A stretch of 64,000 nt of DNA from Octopus vulgaris (lineage: Eukaryota). Shown piece by piece: positions 40,555 to 51,859 of this stretch (positions are counted from its first letter, which is position 1; every line of letters begins with the position of its first letter). The stretch lies in contig OX597822.1 of assembly GCA_951406725.2 (NCBI GenBank), positions 24,180,001-24,244,000 on the forward strand, given 5' to 3'. The notes beneath the pieces were generated by a model. The model worked only from the letters and a program-made list of their open reading frames with translations, was not told the origin of the DNA and ran no database searches. The translations under genes were made by a program, and so were the position numbers.

Positions 40555-40935
40555 AGTGTGTGTGTGTGTTAGCACATGTGTATGAGTTAACATGAGTAAG
40601 AATGTATGTGTGTGTGTGTGTGTGAGTATATTAGCATGTGTGAGTGTATTAATATATTAGTATGTGTAAGCAGGTTAACATTGTGTATGTCAGTATTACT
40701 GTGTGTATAAAGAGAGTGCATTAGCTTTTATGTATGTTTAATGTGTTAGCATGTGTGTTTGCAAATTAGCATAAATGAAAGTATGTGTTAGAGAGAAGGA
40801 GAGAGAGTGGATGCATTAACCTGTATGTTATGTTTGATGTGTTAGCAAATGAGAAATTATGCATTAGTATAAGTGTTAACGTTGTTGTATGTGTGTATGA
40901 AAGAGAGAGTGAAGGAGAAAGAGAGTACATTAGGT
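40555..40935. repeat. Cryptic TG-rich repeat punctuated by RTTAR motifs
   Basis: About 15 GTTAG/ATTAG/GTTAA/ATTAA motifs within (TG)n-like sequence. Confidence 0.7.
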
Positions 40936-41413
40936 TTTATGTGAGTTTAATTTTACTGTCAATAGATTTCAGTAAATTTAGTGCCTGTTCTATGGAACGA
41001 AAAAACCACAAAGAAGCAGAAAGGTCACCAATATATTTAAAATCTTGTTTAAGTGTTTGCCATGTCAATGTTTGGCAGCGTGTCAACAATCTTGCATTAC
41101 TCCTATAAGTGTGTTCAACAGAAAAAAAAAAGTGGACACAGATGTTTAAAAAAATAAGGCATACATAAAAAAAATAGCAACACAAGCTAGATAAACATTG
41201 ACTATAAAAGCTGGTGTTGAACTCTGAGAAATGAAGATTAAAAATGAAAAAAATTGTAAGCGATAAAATAGTATGACAATTCCCTAGGTGGTTACCTATA
41301 ACAACACAGAATGACTTGAGTGACCAAACGTGCATATTTTGGCAAGATGTACATAGAGAGACAATAACATGTCCATGCAGGCTTAAGGAGGGGCAACCTG
41401 TAGATATACTCAC

Positions 41414-41491
41414 ATCAGCCTGCGGTATAGAATGACAGTTGATTGTTGGTAGGGTAACCATGCCAACAGACATAGACCGTCGTTTATGGGC
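41414..41491 (-). CDS. TBC1D24: Candidate alternative (cassette) exon of TBC1D24, 78 nt (81 nt with the upstream NAGNAG acceptor), phase 0 to 0
   Basis: ctttctcttttccttggaagcag|GCC...GAT|gtgagt; open frame AHKRRSMSVGMVTLPTINCHSIPQAD, phase-compatible with both flanking exons, non-repetitive sequence. Confidence 0.65.
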
Positions 41492-41624
41492 CTGCTTCCA
41501 AGGAAAAGAGAAAGGGTCGAGGGGGGAAAAAACAACAAATATATATATATGGTATATATATGCATAAAATAACAAAACGGTCTTCTTTAGAAGAAATGAG
41601 AACATTCACCCATCAACTTATTAA

Positions 41625-41843
41625 CCCTTTTGTTACCATATTTCTGTGGAGAAGCACTGCCTTTATTCTTCAATCTATTTTGAAAATAAAGAATTTAGTA
41701 AAATAACTGTCATAAATAAAATGATGTTCACATCATATATAAACAGGAAACTTTGATGGAAGGTTTTAATTTATTTCACTTTAAGACCAGAAGTTTGTAT
41801 CGGTGAACCGCAAGTGATCTCAAGCAGATAGGTATCAAAAGGG
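41625..41843. mobile_element. piggyBac-like MITE, second family
   Basis: TTAA-CCCTTTTGTTACC...GGTATCAAAAGGG-TTAA; related copy at 44634-44842. Confidence 0.75.
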
Positions 41844-42329
41844 TTAAGAAAGTGGGTGAGAAACACCCCCGCCAAAAAATAATTTCAATGTTATTTCTGA
41901 AATACAATAAGAGACATAGAAATGATGACATGCCTTTAACATAACAAAAAATCTGTCCAAAAAGAAACCATACTTTTAAAACAGTGCTCCAGCTGGCCAG
42001 CTCTGTGTTGAGGACTGAAGCACTTTTGACCTTCAATGTGAGAATAACCATGCCATGGATCAGTTAGTCAGCAGTAAACATGTGTTAGAGTAAATATGTC
42101 CAGTGAAACTTCGCAATTAGCCTCATGTTGAACAACGAAAAATTTGGAGGATATAGTGACTATTTACACACATATAAGTCACATTCCTAATTTAGTGTTA
42201 AATTTTATATAATTTTTTTTCATAGTTTTATCTGTGCCCCATGTATAAGTCACACTGCAGTTTTTTTTTCCCCAATTAAAATCAAGTATAAAATATTGTG
42301 ATTTATACATGAGTATATATGGTATACGT

Positions 42330-42728
42330 GGTAATCTTTCAGTATACTGTGTTTAAAAAATGAATAAAAATTAAAGGGGAAATAACAAGGGGAGGGTATG
42401 TGCACTTAAAGTGATTGTGCATCAGGAGAACTTTGTAGATCCTACAAATAACGATGTCCATATGCAATATGTGGAGAATATGTGGATGCAGTTAAAAAGA
42501 AAATAATGGCATCAATTTGGAATGTCAGACAATTTATTTATTTCATATTTACCTGAGTTTACATGGAGGAATTCTGTACCAAAGAAACAGACTTTTGTTC
42601 ACGTTTTGGTGGCTATAGCCAATGTGTACATTATTTAACAGTAAGTTGACTTATTTATCTACCCTTGTTGTTATTTCCCCCTTTAATTTTTATTTAATTT
42701 ATTAAATACCATATACTGAAAGGTTACC
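42330..42728. mobile_element. MITE with about 60-bp TIRs and GGTAA termini
   Basis: GGTAATCTTTCAGTATA...AAATAACAAGGG / CCCTTGTT...TATACTGAAAGGTTACC; flanks share gtatac. Confidence 0.7.
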
Positions 42729-42759
42729 AGTATACACAAATGCCATGAATGATGCTAGT

Positions 42760-43440
42760 ATTTCAAATCAGTGAGAACATTCATTGAAGACGATTCCAAA
42801 TCTGGACGACACTTTTGATGTGTGCTGTGATCCACATAAAGCATCATCTGACTGGCAACAGAAAGGGCATCTGGTCACAGAAAATCTGCTTCAATGAATT
42901 CTGTCTAATCCATGCAAGCATGGAAAAGTAGATATTAAAATAATCTCAATGACATTTACTGACAGATGGACAAAATGTCTCAAGTCGCAGTCAGTCAGGA
43001 GCTGCTTGATTGATCGAATGCTGTTGAAACTTTGCAAAAAGTATAACAGGTGATGAGCAGCAAGTGTAAGTGGATGCGCAATGGCCCAGTGGTTAGGGCA
43101 GCGGACTCGTGGTCAGAGGATCGCGGTTTTGATTCCCAGACCGGGCGTTGTGGTGACCCCTGTTGTACTCTTTCCTCCAACTTTCTCTCACTCTTTCTTC
43201 CTGTTTCTTATCCCCGACTTCCTATGCAGCCGCTGAGTTGACCTGTTTTCTCTTCTGCGGGTCTTACGAATAGCAACAACGGTGTCAAAACAAAATGACA
43301 GTTGTTACAGCAAGCTGAATCATTGCTACTGCACACGAGAAAGTGAATCATGGTTGCACCAACATTAAAGCCATGTTGATGGTTGTGTTTTTGATTGGAA
43401 TGGCATCATTTATCACAACAGTCAATAAAGAGGTTTACTT
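42760..43440 (+). mobile_element. Fragmented mariner transposase relic interrupted by SINEs
   Basis: IEDDSKSGR (about 42780-42810) and a frameshifted KAML..FFDWNGII...TVNKE (about 43365-43432). Confidence 0.55.
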
Positions 43441-43699
43441 GGATGACATGAAGCATTCAAGAGGCAATGCCAAGGAAGATGCTTGAGGTATGGACTGAGA
43501 AAAACAAGATGCTGCACTGCAAAAATGCACCAACTCATAGGTTACTCCTTGTCCATGACATTTTGGCAAAGCACGAGATGACTCACCTCCAAGCTGCCCG
43601 TCCATCCAGATTTGACCAAAGCAGACATTTTTGTTGAAATCCACCCAAAAAGGTCAACAATTGCACATGAGAGAAGAGATCACCAAAAATTTTCTAAGA

Positions 43700-44050
43700 G
43701 AGGCTGTTTGGTAAGTAGCTTGCTTACCAACCACATGGTCCGAGGTTCAGTCCTACTGTGGGTACCTTGGGAAAATGTCTTCTACTATAGCCATGGACCA
43801 ACCAAAGCCTTGTGAGTGGATTTGGTAGACGGAAACTGAAAGAAGTCCGTCATATATATGTGTGTGTCCCACCATCGCTTAACACCTGATGTTGGTGTGT
43901 TTATGTCCCTGTAACTTAGCAGTTTGGCAAAAGTGACTGATAGAATAAGTACTAGGTTTACAAAGTATAAGTCCTGGGGTTGATTTGTTCGACTAAAGGC
44001 AGTGCTCCAGCATGGCCACAGTCAAATCACTGAAACAAGTGAAAGAATAA
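43700..44050 (+). mobile_element. SINE family A
   Basis: Homology to other family A copies. Confidence 0.85.
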
Positions 44051-47000
44051 AGAACTGTGCACTATCTCTGAAACCTCTAAAAATTCTTTCCAACAACAGA
44101 AAAAGTATTGGGAGCAATGTGTCCCAAAAGTGGAGGAAACCGTTTCTGAGGAGGTATAGGTGTGGCAAGAAGTTTGCTTCCCAACCACATGAAACTAGGT
44201 TCAGTTCCACTGCATGGCACCTTAAACAAGTGTCTTCTACTATAGACCCTAGCTGACCAAAGCCTCGCAATAGGATTTGGTAGATAGAAACTGAAAAGAG
44301 CCTGTCATGTATATATGTCATCATCATACAAACGGTGTTCTCTGTTACCAAACTTCCTTGAAAACACATCTGGAAACAGATGACAGTTGGGGACAGTAAG
44401 AGCATCCAACTGTAGAAAATTTACTTCAACAAATTTCATCCAACCCATATGAACACAGAAAAGTGGACTTTAATTTTAAGTAAACAAATTTGTTTATGTT
44501 TGGACAGACTTTGTATTAACATTTATATTACATTAGTTGGAAAGATCAGCAGTTTAAATATCTGTATTTAAAAAAGAAACAGCATTTGATATTTTAACTA
44601 CATTTAATTATTTTCAAGTTTCAATACATTTAACCCTTCTGTTACCATATTTCTGTCAAAATACACTGTTTCAATTAATTACAAATTTAACGGAGAATTT
44701 AATAAAGTAACTGTAAAGCTAGATTTTGGAAAATAAATTAAGGTAGAATGTTGATGGAAGATTTTAATTTAAATCACATTAAAACAGTGAATTTGTATCA
44801 CAGAACCTGGGGGTGGTCTGAGACAGGTTAGTATCAAAAGGGTCAAATAAACATATTTGCCATTACTACTTTTAAGCACAGGTACATTAGTAAATAAGTA
44901 AATCTTCAAAACACATCTTGCCATGCCATAAAAAAAAAGATAATGTAGTCCAAATGTATACAGTTCATGAAAAAAACAAACAAAAAATAAACAAAACAAA
45001 GAAAAACAAAAATGGTATAGTCACGGGTTTGATAGCTTTAACTCATAAATCAGTTCTATCGACTATGACAAGGGGTTAACCAACAGATTAACATATTGTT
45101 AAGTAATGTCTACAAAAAGTTAAGCTCTCAATTCTTAGATATTATTTGCTGGGCTTGAAGTCTCAAATTGATATATTTATCTTCTCCATATTGATATTCT
45201 CCAATAAATGCTAAATGATGAAAAACAAAACATCGTCTCCAGCTAATTTGATATTGTAAAACAATGGAAATGCCAGCTTGCAAAACAGAAACCATTTGGT
45301 TAGGATAGAAGCTGTGCAAAAATGGAAATCAATTGACTGAGAACCAGAGTTGACAGATTCAAGATGATACTCTACAGAGTAGATGCAGCTCTTTTAATGA
45401 TATCATGTGGATCTGATATGGGGGCATGAGAGTACAAACTAAGGACCTCTAACTTCATGAATAGGAACCATGAAAGGATCTTAATAGGGATAGGCCAATC
45501 TTGTCTCAACATGAAAATACACAATGCTACTCACACCAAGAAAACATCATCATGCCATAAGCTTTTTAATTGTGAGCAGCACTTAGCTAAAGAGCCTCAA
45601 AAGGAATTCAACTTTTGGGTCTCACCTCTTCCAGTAAAAGCCTATCCTTAATATAGAAAGGACTGCATCCCTAAAACTGGCTCTTCTCTCCAGAGCTAGA
45701 AGATACTTCAGACCCCAATAATTACTGATACTCTGCAAAGCTCAGGTGATGTCTACAGTGGAGATCAATGGGATTGAGGCGAAGAGACTGATGCAAGCAA
45801 CGGCAAAGAGCTTGATGCACAATGATGGTGAGGAGATTGATGCAAACAACAGTAAGATTGATGTGGAAAACAGACTGATGAGGATGATGGTGAGCTTGAT
45901 GCAAATGATGCTCAATTTGATCTTCTGTATGTCAATGTTTATAGAAAAAATGTCAACAGAGGGAGATTATAGAGGAAAGATTGATTAATATATATATATA
46001 TATATCTTTACAGTGTCAGTTTATCAGATAGATGTGGGAAGAAGTAGGATGCAGACTGCTAGTTCAGAGGAATGAAGGATGTTGTAGCAGCAATGGAAGA
46101 GTCAGAGAGAGAAAAAAAAACAAACAGAATGCTTTGGTCTACATGCTAGTAATTGTAGTGTGCTGACGAATGACTGGCTCTTTTGACAATCAGCCAAACG
46201 CCCTTTGTTCTCAAAACATTTTAGAAGATTTGAATATGTGGTAGTAACACCATTCCACAGAGCTGAGAAGCGCTCCAATGTGGGTCAACGACTGATTAGA
46301 ACTGAACTATTTCATGGCCTGTTAACAGGAAGCCTAGGTTTGGGGATGTGGAAGGAAAGTTACTGTCAACTGTTATGCAGCATTTTAATATCATACAGCA
46401 GAAAGAAATGTAGCATGGCTTTCACTAATTCTAGTTTACTTAACATCAAACTGGTTGATTTATATGACACAAGATGATGAAACTGATCAAAATTGTAAAC
46501 TATCATCACCATCACCATTCTAACAGCAACTTTTCCATGTTTGCATGGGTCAGAGCTTTTTGAGGTAAATTTTATGCAGGCTGGATGCCATTCCTGTTGC
46601 TAACACTCACTTGTTTCTCCAAGCAAGGTAATAGTTCTCCTTGGCCAGACATATTTCCAAAGGATGGAAATGAATGACACTGATTGTATAGAAAAGACAC
46701 CCATTTACAATTTATCACACGATGTCAAAGCAAGGAGACACAAAACAGGCTTTGTTCAACCTGGAACTGTAGTAGAAAACACTTGCCCAAGATGCCATGC
46801 AGTGGGACTGAACTTGAAACCATGTGGTTAGGAAGCAAACTTCTTAATCACAGTCATGTTTGACATAATGGAATGTGTAAAGTATTTGCTGCAAGATTCT
46901 GTTTCTCTCAATAGATTTTGTGTATTGACCCTTTAGCATTCACATTATTTTGAATTAATCATGATGCGATTGCTTAGTTTTAGAAAGACATTGTAGGATA

Positions 47001-48712
47001 GGTGTGAGAGTCCATATCTGGCCAGTTTTAACATAAAACTGGTTGAATATTTAAGCTGGATATGGCTGGTTTGAATGATAAAGGGTTAACCCATGCAGGG
47101 TTTAGCTGCATTTCACATCAGCAGACTAGGAGTATATTAAAAATAAATGTACACAACTTTATATAGACCCTCACTGTTATACAGCACACAGCAATATATA
47201 TATTGTTTGGTGTTTCCTACATATAAGAGCAAAAGTTCGAGTCCATCTCCATATGACAGAGACAGTACATGCTACAGTTAAACCAGTCATATCCAGCCCA
47301 AGTAATCTACCTGATTTATGTTCAAACCAGCCAGATCCAGCTTCTCACACCTACTCTACAATGTTATAGTAAAAATAAACAATCTCCTCATTGAAATTCT
47401 GAAGCCACAAGATAATGGATGATTAATTCAAGACAATGTGAATAAAAAAGCATTACTTTTGACAGAGTAATATGAATGCTAAAGGGTTAATCTTATAGCA
47501 TTTAAACTAGCCATACCTAGTGCAAATAATTTATTGGTTTTATGTTTAAACCAGTTAGATCCAGCCTCTCACACCTACCCTACAATGTTATTCTAAAATT
47601 AAACAATCACTTCATCAAACTCTTGAAGATATGAAATAATGCACAAATAATTCAAAAGTGAATCAATAAGCTCTGTATTTGATAGTATCTGAATGCTATA
47701 GGGTTAAAAGCCTTCAGTATATCACTGCCGAAACACATACATGCATGCTATAGGTACACCATCACTGTTTCTAAACAGCAGTTCTCCTATAGTTGTTAAA
47801 AATATAAATAATCTTTTAAAAAACCTGACATAAAAGTCTCCATTTTTCCACTTGTTTATTGTCTGGATTTCGTTTAACCACAGAAAGTGGTTAAATGAAA
47901 TGGCAAGCTCAATCAGTCAAGTGCACACATGATCCTGAGAGGTAGTAAATTGATAACTTCTGAAATAGGTAGTAAGTGGTTAATTCGACACCACCAGGAA
48001 CTGAACTTAGACAAATCAAGTTAGAGTTCCTGAGTATCTGAGACTGACATTAGAACAAAAGAGAATGGGGGGAGGGAGGTTAAAAAAATTGAGACAAAAA
48101 TCAAAAGATGGCACAAAAGAAATCAATTGCTGAAACAGCACCAAAAAATTGTAGGACAACACATTACAGAGAGAGGGGGGGGAGAGAGAGAAAATGAAGG
48201 AAAAAATAAGAGACAGAAAAGAGGAAAATGTGTTTGAGATAGATAGATAGAAAGCAAAGAATGAAAGAGAGAGAAAGAGAAAAAGAAAGTGAATGAGCAG
48301 GATGTGCATGTGAGTAACCATGAATGAGAAAGGGATTATGTAGGGATTCATGAGATTATATGCAATGACTGCATGCCTGTATATACAACATAAGTGTGTC
48401 TGTAGAGAGAAATGTATGCATGTCAAAGTGTATGTAGCCCAGTGTAAAATGTGGTTGGCGTCACATGACCCACACATACAGTCCTGGCTGGTAAGTAATT
48501 AGAATGAGTAAATACAACAAACAACAAAAAAATCCACTTCATGCTAGATGATGATTGCATAAATGCACTCCCCAAAAAGTCCCTAGGTAATTTAGAAAAA
48601 AAGTACCTAGGTACATTGCAAAAATCTATGAGCAAAGAAGAGCTGCCTTCACTATCAATAAGGGATCCCACATATACAGAGAAAATGATAACAAAAGTTG
48701 GATTTCTAGACA

Positions 48713-49112
48713 TAGGCATAGGAGTGGCTGTGTGGTAAGTAGCTTGCTTACCAACCACATGGTTCCGGGTTCAGTCCCACTGCGTGGCACCTTGGGCAAG
48801 TGTCTTCTACTATAACCTCGGGCCGACCAAAGCCTTGTGAGTAAATTTAGTTGATGGAAACTGAAAGAAGCCTGTCGTATATATGTATATATATGTATGT
48901 GTTTGTGTGCCTGTGTTTGTCCCCCCAACATCGCTTGACAACCGATGCTGGTGTGTTTATGTCCCCGTAACTTATCGGTTCGGCAAAAGAGACCGATAGA
49001 ATAAGTACTAGGCTTAACAAAGCATAAGTCCTGGGGTCGATTTGCTTGACTAAAAGGCGGTGCTCCAGCATGGCCGCAGTCAAATGACTGAAACAAGTGA
49101 GAGAGTAAAGAG
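48713..49112 (+). mobile_element. SINE family A, full length and little diverged
   Basis: GGCATAGGAGTGGCTGTGTGGTAAG...CCTTGGGCAAGTG...GAAACAAGTGAGAGAGTAAAGAG. Confidence 0.9.
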
Positions 49113-50084
49113 TATACTCAGAGAAAGTGTAAAAGATAAAAATGCTCAGCTCTGAAGGATTGTGCTTCAGCATGGCACAAGCAACGATGACTTACAAACA
49201 AACACCTCCCCACCAAAAACATGTCTTGGTATACTTTCTTTCAATTATGTGTAACAAAAAACTGCAGATACCAGGGAACTTCAGCTTCTATTCACTCCTA
49301 ACTTAGTATATCAATTTAGCATCATCATTTAATTCCAGGTTTCATGCTGGCATGAGTAAGATGGTTTGAAGACTGTATCTTAGTCCAACATCTGATTTAG
49401 CATGATTTCTATGGCCAGATACCTTTCATAACATCAAGCACTTTACAGAATGGACTGGATACTTTTTCCTTGTGGTACCAGAGCTAGTGAGATCACTATG
49501 CAGCTAGTAAGACTAAGATCCCCTTCAACTGAGTTGGGGCTACAGAAGAGGAAGTGGAATGGGATTGCACCTAGAAAGTTCCCCTCCGAGGCACAGATCC
49601 AGGCAAGGACCAGCAGTTGCCCATGCATACCAGCCTCCTCTGTCCCCTGACGTTATGAAAGGCAAAAGCTGGTACAGCTTGGTACCAGTGATGTTGCAAC
49701 TCATCTCTACAGCTGAGTGAATTGGAGCAACGTGAAATAAAGTGGCTTGCTCAAGAACACAACACAGCCTGGTCAGGGAATCGAACTCACTACTTCATGA
49801 TTCAGAGCCTGACACTAACCACTAAGCCACGCACCTTTGCCATAGTAATTGTAGTTTTAAGTATATTTTTTTTCCATAGAACCAGTTTGTCAAAAACAGT
49901 AAGTAATTAGCTGACAAACAGGTTGAAGGATATTCTGCATGTGTAAAAGACACACATTTGTGGCATAAATAAATAACAGAATACCCTAAAAAAAAAGAAA
50001 GATAAACAAACTGATACTTAAGCACTTTGAACTCATCCTTACTGTCCCTCTAAGCAGACTTCATTGTAAAATACTGTTAATGTA

Positions 50085-50692
50085 TTAGGTTGTACCGAAA
50101 ATAATGGCCACGCTAAGTGTTGTGTTTTGAAACGCGATTTTATCATAGTATTTTAATGATATTTTAGGTGAATTTCAACATACTTAATAACTGATGTATG
50201 CTCTTTAACAATTTTCTACTTATTTCAGACAGAAACCATTCTTGAAGCATAGGTGCAGAGATTTACTGCAGTCAACTTACTGAAATGCATGCTCACTTGC
50301 AAAAAAAAAAAAAATTGCATTGGTGAATCGGCATGGCCCAATTCTGCTCCACGATAATGCAAAGTCACATGTTGTAAGAATGACGCTGCAGAAACTCACA
50401 GACTTGGGATATGAGACTTTACCACATCCTCCTGATCTTTCACCCACTGACTACCATTTTTTAATAATTTAAACACGTTTTTAAGCAATAAAACTTTCAG
50501 GTCCAAACCAGAGGTGGAATCATCATTCAAAGATTTCTTAGCATCAAAAAGGCATAAATAATCTCATTGATCGATGGCAGAGATGCACAGATGTTCAAGG
50601 CTCATACTTTGACTAATCAAAACATTTCTATCGTTAATTTTTCCAGAATAAAATTGTTTCTGAAATTGGCCATTATTTTTGGAACAACCTAA
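50085..50692 (+). mobile_element. Internally deleted mariner transposon
   Basis: TA-TTAGGTTGTACCGAAAATAATGGCCA / TGGCCATTATTTTTGGAACAACCTAA-TA; encodes GPILLHDNAKSHV...LGYETLPHP-PDLSPTDYHF. Confidence 0.9.
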
Positions 50693-50754
50693 TACTTCTT
50701 AAGATATATTTATTTCAGAAAAAGATGTCATAACTAAATGTTTTTTGCTGTATT

Positions 50755-51078
50755 CCTTTGTTTCAGACATTTAACTGCAGTCATGCTGGAGCACTGCCTT
50801 CAAGGGTTAGTTGAACAAGTCAACTCCAGGACTTACTTTTTAAAGCCTAGTACTTATTCTATCGACCTCTTTTGCCAAACTGCTAAGTTTTGGGGGTGTC
50901 AAACAGTGACAAGAAGACAAACACACACAGGCTTCTTTCAGTTTCTATTTACCAAATCCACTCACAATACTTTGGTCAACCTGGAGCTATAGTAGACACT
51001 TGCCATAAGTACCACGCAGACGGAGTGAACCTGGAACTATGTGGTTGGAAAGCAAGCTTCTTGTCACACAGCCATGCC
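50755..51078 (-). mobile_element. SINE family A
   Basis: Homology to other family A copies. Confidence 0.8.
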
Positions 51079-51623
51079 TCCTTTTTTTTTTTTTTTTAAT
51101 AATGACCCTATTTAATTCTTAAAATACAATTAATTTAACCTTTCAAAGCGTGGAGTCTATGTAAAAATATTAAATCCATTACTGTAGACCAGAACAAAAC
51201 TAAAATTATATTGCAATAAATGTCATCACAAATTAGATGAGTCACTGTAGCTCAAATAGGATATTTTAAATGACTAGGAAAGGAAACTGAGCTGCTGGCC
51301 AGGATTCAAAAATACAAAAATTAGAATTATGAGTGGTTGAGAAGTGAACTTCTCAACCACTCATAATTTAATAGGATCACTCCAGCTTAGCATAAGAATC
51401 TTCATTGGGAAACTACCTTGCTTGGAATTAGGTGAGGGTTGGTGACAGGAAGAGCATCTGGTCATAGAAAACCTACCTTAGCGAGTTCCATCCAATCCAT
51501 GCAAGCATGGAAAAGTTGGACATTACAACACAATGAAGATGATGGGATAATGTTACCTGATAAATGAACTGCAGTAAATAAATGATTTTTTTTCTTTTGT
51601 TAATACAGAACTTTATAACTTAC

Positions 51624-51836
51624 GTTGTCTAGACTGAGAACAGAAGAAGAAGGAGACTGTATGACAGTTCCCATGAAGTTTTTTGATGTACTAGCACCGT
51701 CTTGGGGTTCTGCTCCGAGTGACCAGCTCGACAAAGATGTATTGAGGGCTTTGGCACGACTTTTAACAAGCATTTCGTTTTTCACAAGAAATTTTCTTAT
51801 CTCTCTTCTGTTAAGTCCTCGTATTCCAAAGATTAA
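51624..51836 (-). CDS. TBC1D24: TBC1D24 exon (TBC end and linker), 213 nt, phase 0 to 0
   Basis: tattttcag|TTA...AAC|gtaagt; LIFGIRGLNRREIRKFLVKNEMLVKSRAK...SSSVLSLDN matches the TBC1D24 'AFAIRLFSRKEI' motif. Confidence 0.9.
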
Positions 51837-51859
51837 CTGAAAATATAAAATAACAACAT

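Noticed and set aside
40937-41605. Longest ORF in the track (222 aa) as a single-exon gene
   Set aside because: Low-complexity F/L/I/C composition from AT-rich intron; only the splice-bounded 41414-41494 part looks coding
45746-45988. Acidic/Met-rich ORF (MSTVEINGIEAKRLMQ...)
   Set aside because: Built from degenerate (A/C)TTGATG repeats; no splice signals or recognisable domain
48713-48790. tRNA-like A/B boxes as tRNA genes (also 26245, 35255, 43080)
   Set aside because: SINE heads continuing into SINE bodies; no complete cloverleaf
48626-49173. Recurrent ORFs with FQSFDCGHAGAPP or FLQLDALPNANH peptides
   Set aside because: Translations of SINE families A and C, repeated across the window; not genes
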